In this document: piece by piece, positions 16,960 through 27,355 of the stretch
Layout: each line of letters opens with the position of its first letter
How positions within the stretch are numbered: position 1 is the first letter of the stretch
DNA from: Tubiluchus corallicola
Taxonomy: Eukaryota; Animalia; Priapulida
Length of the DNA stretch: 64,000 nucleotides
Reading direction: 5' to 3'
NCBI GenBank assembly: GCA_030141605.1
Contig: JAQGDQ010000113.1
Span: 496,001-560,000 of the forward strand
Notes under the pieces: generated by a model
What the model saw: the letters and a program-made list of their open reading frames with translations, nothing else
Databases searched by the model: none
What the model was told of the DNA's origin: nothing
Made by a program: the position numbers and the translations under genes

Positions 16960-17070
16960 AAGGATAATTACTTGTGGAGTACCTAGAGGATCCGTTTTAC
17001 ACCCTTGTTATTTTCAACCTATATAAATAATCTGTCTCACATTTCTAGACTATTAAGTTTTAGATTATTT
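16960..17070 (+). mobile_element. Short LINE RT fragment
   Basis: acttgtggagtacctagaggatccgttt..cccttgttattttcaacctatataaataatctg encodes TCGVPRGSVL/PLLFSTYINNL, a frameshifted GVPQGSxLGPLLF..YINDL motif. Confidence 0.6.
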
Positions 17071-17368
17071 GCCCCCCCTCCTAGAATGATATAAAAAATT
17101 TCTAATAATATTTCTTAAATACTTTTAATATTTTTTGCACAGACCGACTGGTAAAACAGACAACAAGTACAACACAATATTTTACTTAAAAGATGCCTTA
17201 AACTGTGATTACTAATCAGTGGTCAGATCAAAGCAAGATGGCACCTGAGTATTCAGTCATATCCTTGTTTTCTTTTTCTTAAACAGATTCAAAGATGGAT
17301 GTTTTCTGAATTGCCACGCACTACTTTTCTGCTAATTAGGGACTCTGGAAATCCCCTTTGTTGGGTGG

Positions 17369-20242
17369 ATGAATGTGCCATTGAATGTCTTCATGACATG
17401 GCTTATCACTCAACTAGTTAGAAGTGCGATGTTTCCCAAGAACTTGGTAAAGCTGTACTCCAATAAACACGGGAATGGAACTTTGCATCTTGACACTTCA
17501 AACCTTTCCATCGTGTCAGATCCAGAGTTTTACGAAGAAGCCGGCACTGGCCATTTTCCAAATGAAATAGCCATACTTAGAGAACCGAATAAGACAACAG
17601 TGGTTGGCGTCATCAGCATGCATCTTCAATGTGACGAAGACGCCATTCAAATTGCTCTCGGGAACGAATCGTTTGCATTTTATAATCCAACGCAAGATAA
17701 ATTTTGCGAAGACCCTGACTGGTACTTCTATTACTGGCAAAATGACTACTATGATAGGGTGTACATCAGATTCTTGTCAGACGGGAAACCTACAAATCAT
17801 ACCGGTTTTGAAATTGTGGTCTATCGCATGAAATTGCCCAGACGTTGTGCAGAAGAGTACTGCTTGAATGGCGGACATTGTTTGGTAAACTACGGTATCT
17901 ATGCTTATTGTCGCTGTCCTCGGACATTTCATGGCGTGAGATGTGAAGAAATAAAAGACTTTTGCTTCTCGAAACCATGTTTGAATTCTGGTACGTGCCA
18001 TAATTATTTAGATCATTCTGTACATTTTCATTGCATTTGTCCGGCAGGATTTACGGGCGAATTTTGCGAAACAAGACAAGATCCGTGCTCGAAAAGTAAA
18101 TGTACGAATAGTGCAACTTGTATCAGTCATGGAATTTCATATTCATGTGAATGTTCAGAAGGATTCACGGGTGAATTTTGTGAAAGGAAACAAGATCCGT
18201 GCTTGGAAAGTAAATGTATGAATGGTGGAACATGTATCAATCATGGTAGTTTATATTCGTGCCGTTGTCCAAAAAACTGGACAGGTGAATATTGTCAGTT
18301 CGCGGACTTGTGTTCATCTCAACCATGTCTAAACAATGGTTCGTGTAACAATGATGTAAGCTTGTACATCTGTGAATGCGCAACAGGATATGGAGGGCGA
18401 CACTGCGAAACTTTTCAAGCTTGCTTTTCGAATCCCTGTCAAAATGGCGGACGTTGTGCTGATGGCAAAAATTTCTATACTTGTAAATGTGAGCCGGGCT
18501 TTAGCGGCATCAATTGTGAATTGCTGGATCACTGTTTTACGAACCCTTGCCAAAACAGTGGTACGTGTATCTATGACAAACTTTCGTTTTTGTGCATTTG
18601 CACAGAAGGCTACACCGGAAAAAGATGTGAGTCTTTTGACAGATGTTGGTCTAATCCATGTAAGAATGGTGCAACATGTCAGAGTGAAGAAGGCGGGTAC
18701 ACATGTATGTGCGTCTCTGGATATATGGGAGCTGAATGCCAATTACTAGACAAGTGCTTCTATAACCCTTGTTTAAACAATGGAACGTGCATAGATAGTG
18801 GAGACTCGTATAAATGCACTTGCCCATCGGGATATACTGGGAATGACTGCAGTGTTTTTAATGTCTGCTGGTCACTACCTTGCCAAAACAATGGAACATG
18901 CGCAACTATTCAAACATCTTACAAGTGTATTTGTACATCAGGTTATAGAGGAATAGATTGCAACGACGCTGTAACTTACGTTAATGAGAAAACATCAACT
19001 GCCTATGAGGAGACTGAAGGCAGCACAACTGGAAAAGATTCGAATAATGTAACAAGCACGGCCGCAGATAGTAAGACTGATTACAAGGCATTCAATGCTT
19101 GCTTATCATTCCCATGTCAAAACAATGGAACGTGTAAAAACAATGAAAGTATAAACCAGTACATATGTGATTGTCCAAAAGATTTTTTTGGTACCAATTG
19201 CAACTTTGAAAGCCGAAAAGTTGGCCTCGGTTCAAGCACCAAACAAGGAACCTGCCCGCCAGATACTGGTCAGTGTCCAAATGTCTCATGTGTCAAAGAC
19301 AGTGACTGTCCTAATGATGAAAAGTGTTGTGATTTCGAGGACTGTGGTAGACATTGTGTTCCACCACGTAATAAAAAGATTTCTATTCCCGAAAACAAAA
19401 CAGAAGCTACACATCCAGTTGAACCAACTAAAGATGATGCTTCAGAAAAAGAAAAGGACACTGATGCAATAGAGATTCTTGGATTCATACTGGCATCTTT
19501 CGTTTTTGTATTCATCGGTGTAGCGGGTACATTGCTTTATATTCGAGTAAAAGGTGGGCTACCATGTAAACAATGGACAGAGCGTGGAAGTTACTCTATA
19601 GAAGAAATCTATAATCCTTCGTTTCAAGAATATACTGTCAACAGTGATGACAGCAGCGTTGCTCCAGAAAAATCATCCAAAAAAGGATTTAAAGTTAAAC
19701 CGACTAGCATACTTTGTAATAACAAAGAGCAAACCCGCACTCTGGAAAAGCCGATACTTGAGCTTAATGAAGATGAAAACTGCGTTTATTCAAGCAATGA
19801 GACAGATGAGCAGTCACTAGAAGAACTTGATGGCAAATTTTCCTCTAAAGACGTTAATATAACCGTCAAACAGACCAGTGACAACAATTTTTTACACTCT
19901 CTCACATCAGAAAAAGTAAATGACGAAATTCCCAAAAGAATAACTAGACAGCTAGAAAAAAGTGCTAAGAATTCAGGCAGTGAAGTAACAGAGGAATCAT
20001 CGGGTGAAGTCACAAATGACGAAAACAGCTCTGAAATTAGTGGACAAGGATCAATTCAACAAACACATCAGAAACCAAATGCTGGAGCAACGGATTCTAA
20101 TAGTAATATAGTTTTTGATATGTTACTCACAGAACAACACACAGATGTAAAGAAAGACTGTAGCACAACGGCATCGGAGACAGACGGATCAACAGCAGAT
20201 CATACAGAAGGCGAAACCACTTGTAAAGATAACTCAGAATAA
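17369..20242 (+). CDS. Type I membrane protein: signal peptide, CUB-like domain, 11 EGF repeats, WAP domain, TM helix, long acidic S/T-rich cytoplasmic tail (957 aa, single coding exon)
   Basis: Uninterrupted ORF. CUB C-terminal motif VYIRFLSDG..TGFEIVVY; 10 tandem Notch-type EGFs plus one after an S/T linker; WAP-like CPPDTGQCPNVSCVKDSDCPNDEKCCDFEDCGRHC; TM ILGFILASFVFVFIGVAGTLLYI. A polypyrimidine-CAG acceptor at about 17287 suggests a 5' UTR intron. Confidence 0.9.
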   Translation: MNVPLNVFMTWLITQLVRSAMFPKNLVKLYSNKHGNGTLHLDTSNLSIVSDPEFYEEAGTGHFPNEIAILREPNKTTVVGVISMHLQCDEDAIQIALGNESFAFYNPTQDKFCEDPDWYFYYWQNDYYDRVYIRFLSDGKPTNHTGFEIVVYRMKLPRRCAEEYCLNGGHCLVNYGIYAYCRCPRTFHGVRCEEIKDFCFSKPCLNSGTCHNYLDHSVHFHCICPAGFTGEFCETRQDPCSKSKCTNSATCISHGISYSCECSEGFTGEFCERKQDPCLESKCMNGGTCINHGSLYSCRCPKNWTGEYCQFADLCSSQPCLNNGSCNNDVSLYICECATGYGGRHCETFQACFSNPCQNGGRCADGKNFYTCKCEPGFSGINCELLDHCFTNPCQNSGTCIYDKLSFLCICTEGYTGKRCESFDRCWSNPCKNGATCQSEEGGYTCMCVSGYMGAECQLLDKCFYNPCLNNGTCIDSGDSYKCTCPSGYTGNDCSVFNVCWSLPCQNNGTCATIQTSYKCICTSGYRGIDCNDAVTYVNEKTSTAYEETEGSTTGKDSNNVTSTAADSKTDYKAFNACLSFPCQNNGTCKNNESINQYICDCPKDFFGTNCNFESRKVGLGSSTKQGTCPPDTGQCPNVSCVKDSDCPNDEKCCDFEDCGRHCVPPRNKKISIPENKTEATHPVEPTKDDASEKEKDTDAIEILGFILASFVFVFIGVAGTLLYIRVKGGLPCKQWTERGSYSIEEIYNPSFQEYTVNSDDSSVAPEKSSKKGFKVKPTSILCNNKEQTRTLEKPILELNEDENCVYSSNETDEQSLEELDGKFSSKDVNITVKQTSDNNFLHSLTSEKVNDEIPKRITRQLEKSAKNSGSEVTEESSGEVTNDENSSEISGQGSIQQTHQKPNAGATDSNSNIVFDMLLTEQHTDVKKDCSTTASETDGSTADHTEGETTCKDNSE

Positions 20243-20384
20243 ATGCGGAAAATTACAATTTTAAATTTACTAACTGCAAAGACTGTGTTTTGTGTTTAAT
20301 TAAAAGTCCTATCTAACTAGCTAAACTAAGCATAAAATTATTACAATTCGTGTACTCATTGTTTTCACTTGTAAGTTGCACACG

Positions 20385-21330
20385 ACACGAATGTAGGTAA
20401 AAGTGGGACAGGTAAAAATAGCACAGGAAAAATGGCACAAGAAAAAATGGCACAAATGGAAAAGTTGGTACAATCGATACAGGTAAAAATAGCACACTAA
20501 AAATCGCACAATGAAAACGGCACGGTAGAAATGGCACAGGCAAAAATGGCACAAATTGAAAAGCAGGTAAAAATGCTACAGGTAAAAATGGGACACTTAG
20601 TAAAATATGAGTTTAGTGTCAGGGTTACTCTGTTTGGGAAAACTATTTTAGTTATTTTTACCTCTGCAATTAAAGTTATGCTTCACGTTTGTTTGGTTGG
20701 TTGTTTTTGTCTGTTATAGCAGTAAGCCTATTACACAAACGCTACCTAAAAGATATCTACGAAACTTTGTGAAGAAGGCGGGTATAAGGTGTCAAAATGG
20801 GCGTTTTTCGCTCGCCCTTTTTTCGCAGAACTTGGCCTAACACTGAACACATGCAAAAAACATTCGTGAAGCACTTCCTAGAGGTCTCAGGGAATGCTTA
20901 GTATTTCTTTTTTATTATCTCCACAAGGACAAAGAACTATGAGTTAGTTACCAGTTCAAGAAATTCTCGCTTAGAAAACTGTGTTACACCGTCTATAACC
21001 ATTGCTTATTAATGTGCATAGATTTACAAGCTGACTTGGTATGTAAATAGGTATGTCAGTCTATGCCAAAATTAATAGTTAAAAGACAGTTGATAAACAC
21101 TATATGGAATATTCGTGAATTATTGATTATAATCCTATTTTGATTCAATATTAATGGACAAAATTAGACGAATAAGTTTAAGATTGTTCGGCTTTGGCAA
21201 AGATCTGCTTCCTACTAAGAGCATTCTAGTTTTATTATAGAAATACTGCAATATGTGTCATTTTTGCTAATTTTCATTTGCGCATTTTTTCCTGTGCCAT
21301 TTTTTCCGTTTTTATCTACTTTTCCAGTCT
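20385..21330. mobile_element. Non-autonomous DNA element (MITE-like) with about 15-bp subterminal repeats
   Basis: Tandem aggtaaaaatggcac variants at 20395-20600 and their reverse complement (gtgccatttt..) at about 21255-21325. Confidence 0.55.
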
Positions 21331-21495
21331 CACTCTCTCCACGCCAGAAGTATGATCCATGGGAAAGGCAGAGCTAGTACATCTGGTACTTCAGGCGTCG
21401 CAAGAGTTGTCGGAATCATGGTGCTATGCAACATGACCCGCCTATAGGGACTCCAGCTCCGGATATTTCCTTGGGGTTTACTCCCGAAGCCTTTA
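21330..21495 (-). mobile_element. Probable RTE-clade retrotransposon 5'-region fragment
   Basis: Minus strand aaaggcttcgggagtaaaccccaaggaaatatccggagctggagtccc..caactcttgcgacgcc..gcgtggagag resembles, from memory, sequence conserved in RTE 5' regions; not database-verified. Confidence 0.4.
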
Positions 21496-21894
21496 CGACA
21501 ATAACCAAGACGTGCATATTGTGACGTACGCCTATATGATTACAAGTCTGTTTTGTACTGTACTAGTGTCAACGTGCATGCGAAGCTGAAAGAACATTAA
21601 AAAAATTTTAGACGTAGGCTATACTAATAATGAATTAGAAAAATTCCTCGTAATGTATTGCGTCTTTGTGTTTGAACCTGAAGAACTTGGCTATTTTTAG
21701 TAACGACATTAGGCCTACAATTATAGACCCAATTCTTTGCTAATAAATACGGTTAATAATTAATAAGTTTGTCATACATATTTTAACTGATTGCTTAATT
21801 ATACAAGTTTTGGCTTCTGAGTTTGCAACCTCAAAAAAAATGGAGTTTGAGCCTAGGTAGGGTAATATAATACTAAAAATAAATTACTGAAGCT

Positions 21895-22140
21895 CCCACG
21901 TTCGCGTAACGCGCATTCAATTTCTTTATCGTGTCAGTTAAATGGGCGGGAATCAGGAATTTCTAACAAAAAGCGCATTAGTACTGCGCAGCACAGTATT
22001 GCGCGTGTATCCTAGGGCGGGAACTTTTAAGCTCGTGAAAGAGCTACAGTACAGAATGTAAGCGTGGCGTAATTATGAAGTTGTCGCGAGAAACTGTATT
22101 TTTTGTGGTTGTGTATCGCTAGAGTTATTAAGCAACTAAG
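21895..22140 (+). promoter_or_regulatory. CpG-rich promoter upstream of the TOP3B-like gene
   Basis: Local CpG enrichment in AT-rich DNA; two GGCGGGAA (E2F-type) sites at 21945-21952 and 22016-22023; TCGCGAGA at about 22084. Confidence 0.55.
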
Positions 22141-22159
22141 CCGTGAAATCAACGATAAA

Positions 22160-22218
22160 ATGTCTACAACGAAAAGAACCGGAAATGATGTGAGGAATTC
22201 AAATAAGAAGAGAAAAAG
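22160..22218 (+). CDS. Candidate first coding exon of the TOP3B-like gene (MSTTKRTGNDVRNSNKKRK, NLS-like)
   Basis: aaaATG context and AG|GTATAA donor. A phase-2 join to the ttttttgcctag|A acceptor at 23018/23019 gives ..KKRKRLKPVDSTRIKTVL, matching the TOP3B N-terminus MKTVL. Confidence 0.55.
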
Positions 22219-23057
22219 GTATAAACTTATATGGGACGTTTGTGAAGTCCGAATCTTCTATTCTAAAAGTAAATAGTCACCGAGTTTTACTACTGTTTAA
22301 TATACACTTCGAGTCATATACATCTTCAGTCTCATGGAGACGATCACACGGCTTATCTAACTAACCACACAAACGGTTAGAAGCCTATCACTTCATAGTG
22401 TCAGAAAATTAGTGCTGAAAGACACTCGAATAACCAGGCCAGGTGGCAGCATATTAACATTATGTGAAAGTTGTGCGGTTTAAATGCATGTACTATCTGT
22501 AAAGGTAATCTGCCATGCTGGTGGCAGCCAGGTGTCATTTGCAGCTCCGGATCCAGGACTTATTGTCAGGGAAAGCTTAATTTAAATAGTTGTGCAGGAC
22601 TGAAATCTCCAGATTTTTGGTTGATCTATTGTTTTTTGTGTTCTTAGACGACAAATTTTTATTAAGTTTTGGCCTAACGAGGTTTCTTCTAGCATGACTG
22701 CCCAGGTGAAAAATTATTACAAAAATTTAACCTATATAGGTCTACAATGTGCATGCCCAGCATCGGCACTGTATGAGGCTTGTAAGCACCTGTAATAATT
22801 AGGTTATTAACTACATGCAGGCACTGCATAGACCTTTTGGCATAGGTCTACACAATACATGCACATCTATGTAGTAGAAACATGCTATTTCTTTCCAGTA
22901 ATAATATGTTTGTCAAGCACTGAGACTTTGCTGTGCAATTAAATATGCTAACATTTAATACACTGCTTGGAATGGAACGTTCAGTTTCTTAGCTAAATAT
23001 TGTTTATTTTTTGCCTAGACTGAAGCCAGTCGATTCCACAAGAATAAAGACTGTCTT

Positions 23058-25109
23058 ATGGTGGCCGAGAAGCCATCAGTAGCGAAGTCTTTAGCAAAAA
23101 TTTTGTCTAATGGCAGTGCTGTTACACGAAAAAGTTCAAACGGCGCATGTTCCATCTATGAGTACACTGGAAAATTTATGGACAAAAATGTCAGATTTAA
23201 AGTCACTTCTGTCTGTGGACATGTTATGAATATCGTTTTTCAATCGAAGTTCACCAGCTGGAGTGGGAATCCAGCTGATTTGTTTTGGGCTCCCATTGAA
23301 AAAACGGAAACGTCGCCAAAGCTGAAAATACCTCGTTTTTTGGCGCAACAAGCAAAGGGGGCTGATTATTTAGTGCTGTGGTTAGATTGTGACAGAGAAG
23401 GTGAAAATATTTGTTTTGAAGTGATGGATGTGGTACAAGGTGTTATTTGTTTATCAGGCAATGACGAGCAAACAATTTTCCGGGCTCGCTTTAGTGCAAT
23501 CACCGATCAAGACATCTGGAATGCTATGGAGAATCTCGGTTCTCCCAATAAAAATGAAGCATTGTCAGTAGATGCTCGTCAAGAACTAGATTTAAGAATT
23601 GGTTGGGCTTTTACTCGATTTCAAACAAAGTACTTTCAAGAAAAGTATAGCAACTTGGCTGGCACAGCAATCTCATATGGTCCTTGTCAGATGCCAACAC
23701 TAGGCTTTTGTGTGAATAGGCACGATGAAATTAGATCATTTAAACCAGAGCCATATTGGGTTCTTCAAGCCCAAATTGAAGGGCAAAATGGTAACACAAT
23801 AAAGATTGACTGGAACCGCATCAGAGTATTTGACAAGGAGTTAGCTCAGATGTCTTTTAACAACGTGAAATGGCGTAACATTGCCATAGTAACAAGTGTC
23901 AATAAAATAGAGAAAGTAAAGCATCGCCCTCTTGCTTTAAATACTGTCGAGTTCATGAAAGTTGCCAGTTCTGCACTAGAAATGGCACCACATCACACTA
24001 TGATGGTTGCTGAAAAACTGTACACTCAAGGGTACATTAGTTACCCGCGAACAGAAACAACATCATATCCGGAAAACTTTGATTTTCTGGGGACACTTCG
24101 GCAGCAAGTGGTTTCCAAAGAGTGGGGAAATGTCGTGTCAGCACTTTTGGAATCTGGAATTCAGAAGCCTCGAGAAGGCTACGACGCAGGTGACCATCCA
24201 CCCATTACTCCACTAAAGTTTGCTAGTGAGGTAGAAGTTGGCTCAGAAGGGTGGAAACTATATGAGTACGTCACTAGACATTTCATTGCTACTTTGTCAG
24301 CAGATTGTCATTTCTTGCAGACAAACGTCACATTTTCTGTTGGAGCTGAAAAGTTCACATTAATTGGTAAAGAGGTGACTGATCCGGGTTATACAGCACT
24401 GATGACCCAGCAAGCAATTCCCGCAGAAGAGAATCTGCCCCCCTTTCAGATAAATGACTTATGTCCTTTGAAAGATGTGAAACTGTTAGAACGCAAAACC
24501 AACCCTCCTAATTATTTAACAGAAAGTGAGGTTATAACGCTGATGGAAAAGCATAGCATAGGCACAGACGCTAGCATTCCAGTTCACATAAACAAAATTG
24601 AGCAGAGAAACTATGTTACAATCGGTGCTGGTCGTAGACTAATACCAACTCCTCTCGGAATTGCCCTGACATATGGATACCAAAAAATTGATCCGGAACT
24701 CATACAGCCCCATATGAGGTCTGCCATGGAGGAGCAATTAAACCTGATTGCTCAAGGTAAAGCCGAGTTTCAAGCTGTTCTTCAGAAAGCCCTGGAAATA
24801 TTCAAGCTGAAATTCCAAAATTTTGTTACACATATTGGCAAAATGAATGAATTATTTGAATTGGCAGAACAGCAGCATGTATCTGCAAAAGTGCAGCACC
24901 AACCAAATACGCCATCAACTGTCACACGAGGAAGAGGACGGGGCAAATCTAGAGAACGTGCGCTATCAAAACCAAAAAGTAAAAAGCTGCAAGTAGGTAA
25001 AGCAGCTCGTGCACAACAGGCACACCATCAATCAGCTGTGTCAATGGCCACACGTGGAAGAGGACGGGACAGATCTCGAGGACGTGGGCAAGAAAAAGTC
25101 AAAAAGTAA
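23058..25109 (+). CDS. TOP3B: DNA/RNA topoisomerase III beta-like (type IA), intronless, C-terminally truncated with RG-rich tail
   Basis: MVAEKPS (Toprim), VTSVCGH, WLDCDREGENICFEV, ARQELDLRIG, SYGPCQ, active site GYISYPRTETT, DAGDHPPITP, IGTDASIPVHI. No C4 zinc ribbons; ends in RGRGRG repeats. Confidence 0.9.
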   Translation: MVAEKPSVAKSLAKILSNGSAVTRKSSNGACSIYEYTGKFMDKNVRFKVTSVCGHVMNIVFQSKFTSWSGNPADLFWAPIEKTETSPKLKIPRFLAQQAKGADYLVLWLDCDREGENICFEVMDVVQGVICLSGNDEQTIFRARFSAITDQDIWNAMENLGSPNKNEALSVDARQELDLRIGWAFTRFQTKYFQEKYSNLAGTAISYGPCQMPTLGFCVNRHDEIRSFKPEPYWVLQAQIEGQNGNTIKIDWNRIRVFDKELAQMSFNNVKWRNIAIVTSVNKIEKVKHRPLALNTVEFMKVASSALEMAPHHTMMVAEKLYTQGYISYPRTETTSYPENFDFLGTLRQQVVSKEWGNVVSALLESGIQKPREGYDAGDHPPITPLKFASEVEVGSEGWKLYEYVTRHFIATLSADCHFLQTNVTFSVGAEKFTLIGKEVTDPGYTALMTQQAIPAEENLPPFQINDLCPLKDVKLLERKTNPPNYLTESEVITLMEKHSIGTDASIPVHINKIEQRNYVTIGAGRRLIPTPLGIALTYGYQKIDPELIQPHMRSAMEEQLNLIAQGKAEFQAVLQKALEIFKLKFQNFVTHIGKMNELFELAEQQHVSAKVQHQPNTPSTVTRGRGRGKSRERALSKPKSKKLQVGKAARAQQAHHQSAVSMATRGRGRDRSRGRGQEKVKK

Positions 25110-25313
25110 AATCGCCCAAAATGATACAATTCTTGCATCACAGACAGTGCTGTTTCTTACTTCTTCACGAGAAAGAGGGCGGAGGAGATACAGGGGCTAT
25201 GGACGTAGTAAGCTAAAGGTTAAGTGGACGTAGTAAGCTAAAAGTTAACAAGTCATAATTAACTGCCTCCTAAAAGGAATGTTTTCTGGGGAAAATTAGA
25301 AACATTACATCAC

Positions 25314-25935
25314 ATGGTATGGCATGATATGGTATGATATGATATGATATGATTGATATGATATGATATTTTTATTGCAAACCACAGTTCATTTTACAAA
25401 ATACAACATCACACATTTACACTCATATTACTAAAAAAAATAAAATAAAGAAAATTACAAAAATAATAACGATAAATAAATGAGATTACATTGAAAAGAG
25501 ATACACAATGATTATGAGCTAATGGACCAATATTACATACAACAAAAATCGAGTTAATTACAGTATAAAAGTACATGCCAATTTCTTCTAATAGGAGATG
25601 CAAACGCTATATCATATTTAGCCTTTTCTATAGACTATAGACACATTTTCTATGTATAACATCAAAATAAATTAATCCATAGTTTACACACCACGTTCTA
25701 GCACTAGCATCAAATGGTTGATAAAAACTTTTGCGCAATGATGTATTATAAGCAACTTTTAAAGCATACAAATTATAATTATAGTAGTTCATGCAGTAAA
25801 AGTTCGTACAGCAAGAATTGTATAAAAGTTTCTTTACATGAACCAAACAGTAACTAAATTTGCGTATTAAGTGCTTATCTCTACAACACAATAAATTATT
25901 GCACTTACACTTGCAGATTTCCTCATTTACAGTCA
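25314..25935 (-). mobile_element. LINE (L2/CR1-like) 3'-end remnant with (ATATC)n tail
   Basis: Minus strand gives a YNTSLRKSFYQP..RTWCVNYG ORF2-end-like peptide, an AT-rich UTR, then gcaataaaaa followed by (atatc)n, seen as (atatg)n at 25314-25370 on +. Confidence 0.55.
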
Positions 25936-27355
25936 ATTATGAAAATAATGGTAAACTTTGTGTATTTCTATCGTTATTTTTTGAAATATTTATTTTCGAG
26001 TAAGACGTATTTTAACGATATAATTTTTAGTTTACTGAAGTAGCGCATATGTTTTGCGACATTAATACAAATACAGTATGTATAGTATATCCTTACAGTT
26101 GTTTATCGAAAGCTATTTATTAAAAAGATTTAATTCATAAAAATATAAAAAAATTATGCAACTTACACTAAATTGACTTGCCTTATTTGACTCTACATCG
26201 AACTAAATACAACAGTTTTCACTCGAAAACAAACAGACCAGTTTATGAGCCAGATTAATGTATGATTATCAATAACAAGAATAAGAATAATTGTAAGGTT
26301 TTTGCCTGCGTCTTTGAGAAATGCATTATAATAATTATGAAAATAATTACGTGTATTTCCTTTGTTACGAAAACTTTATACGTGTATCCTTATGAGGCAA
26401 TGGACGAGGAGTCTCATAAGTTTAGCTTAGTAGGCAGCATGATTTGTAGTGCAACATAGACAATTTCTGCCTGCATGTTAACACTTGTGTTCGCTCAGGT
26501 GATGAAGTCACATGAAACAGCGCAGTGTGCGTCGATGCTGACGCAAAAAGACAAAGACAAAGTTTTTGAGACAAAGAAAAAACAAACGCACAAATGTCTC
26601 GCGCCTAAGCAAGCCAGCGCTCAGTGTCTAATTTTTCTGTGCTTGCCTGTCCCCTCCCTCCTCTGTTGCAGTTTTGTTATACCATGCCCATTCTGTTTCT
26701 GGTGCATTGTTTAGACAAACTTTAAACTTTTTGCTTCCAAAACAGACTGATAAGTAGTTAAGGACAATTAACCCTAGCTATACAATGACTAGTAAGTAGG
26801 TAGGAAGCAAGCAAACTAGCTAACACAGACAGGCTGCCAAATTATTACACAAAATTTAGAAAACTACGCACAGATAGATAGGTGTAGATAGAAAAATCGA
26901 TAAGCAAGCAGATACTAACGAAAGTAGGTCGGTGGTTTGACGGGCTTGTAGGCAATTAGTAAAAAAAGACAAAGTTTCACGACTAGTAGAAAAACGTAGG
27001 TCACTCAGTCCATGAAAATGCATTTATCAATTCCGCAGCTCAGCCTTTGCTTTGGACGCCAAGTAATGACAAAATGGCAATTTACTTTGAAGCTGGTTTC
27101 GTGGTAAGGGTACCAAATGAAACGTCTGTGAGCACTTTTATTGCTAGCTGAACAAATGATAATCAACAGTATAACAGATGTTATTTAATATTCACTCATT
27201 TTTTTATACCAGCTAATAGGCAGCATAAATTTCATTCAAATTTTTATGGAGTGGTCATATAATTATAATGAACACTGATCTAATCTCTCGGACAGTATGT
27301 AACACATTAATCAAGTTATCTAGTGTTTACTACTATAGTCATCTATGATGTTTAC

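Noticed and set aside
17516-20013. Antisense and alternate-frame ORFs over the EGF gene (likewise over TOP3B, NRAMP and integrin exons)
   Set aside because: Shadow ORFs of real coding sequence with no independent motifs.
20395-20600. Regularly spaced ~15-bp repeats as a CRISPR-like array
   Set aside because: Eukaryotic context, no unique spacers or cas genes, and inverted counterparts at about 21255-21325 indicate transposon subterminal repeats.
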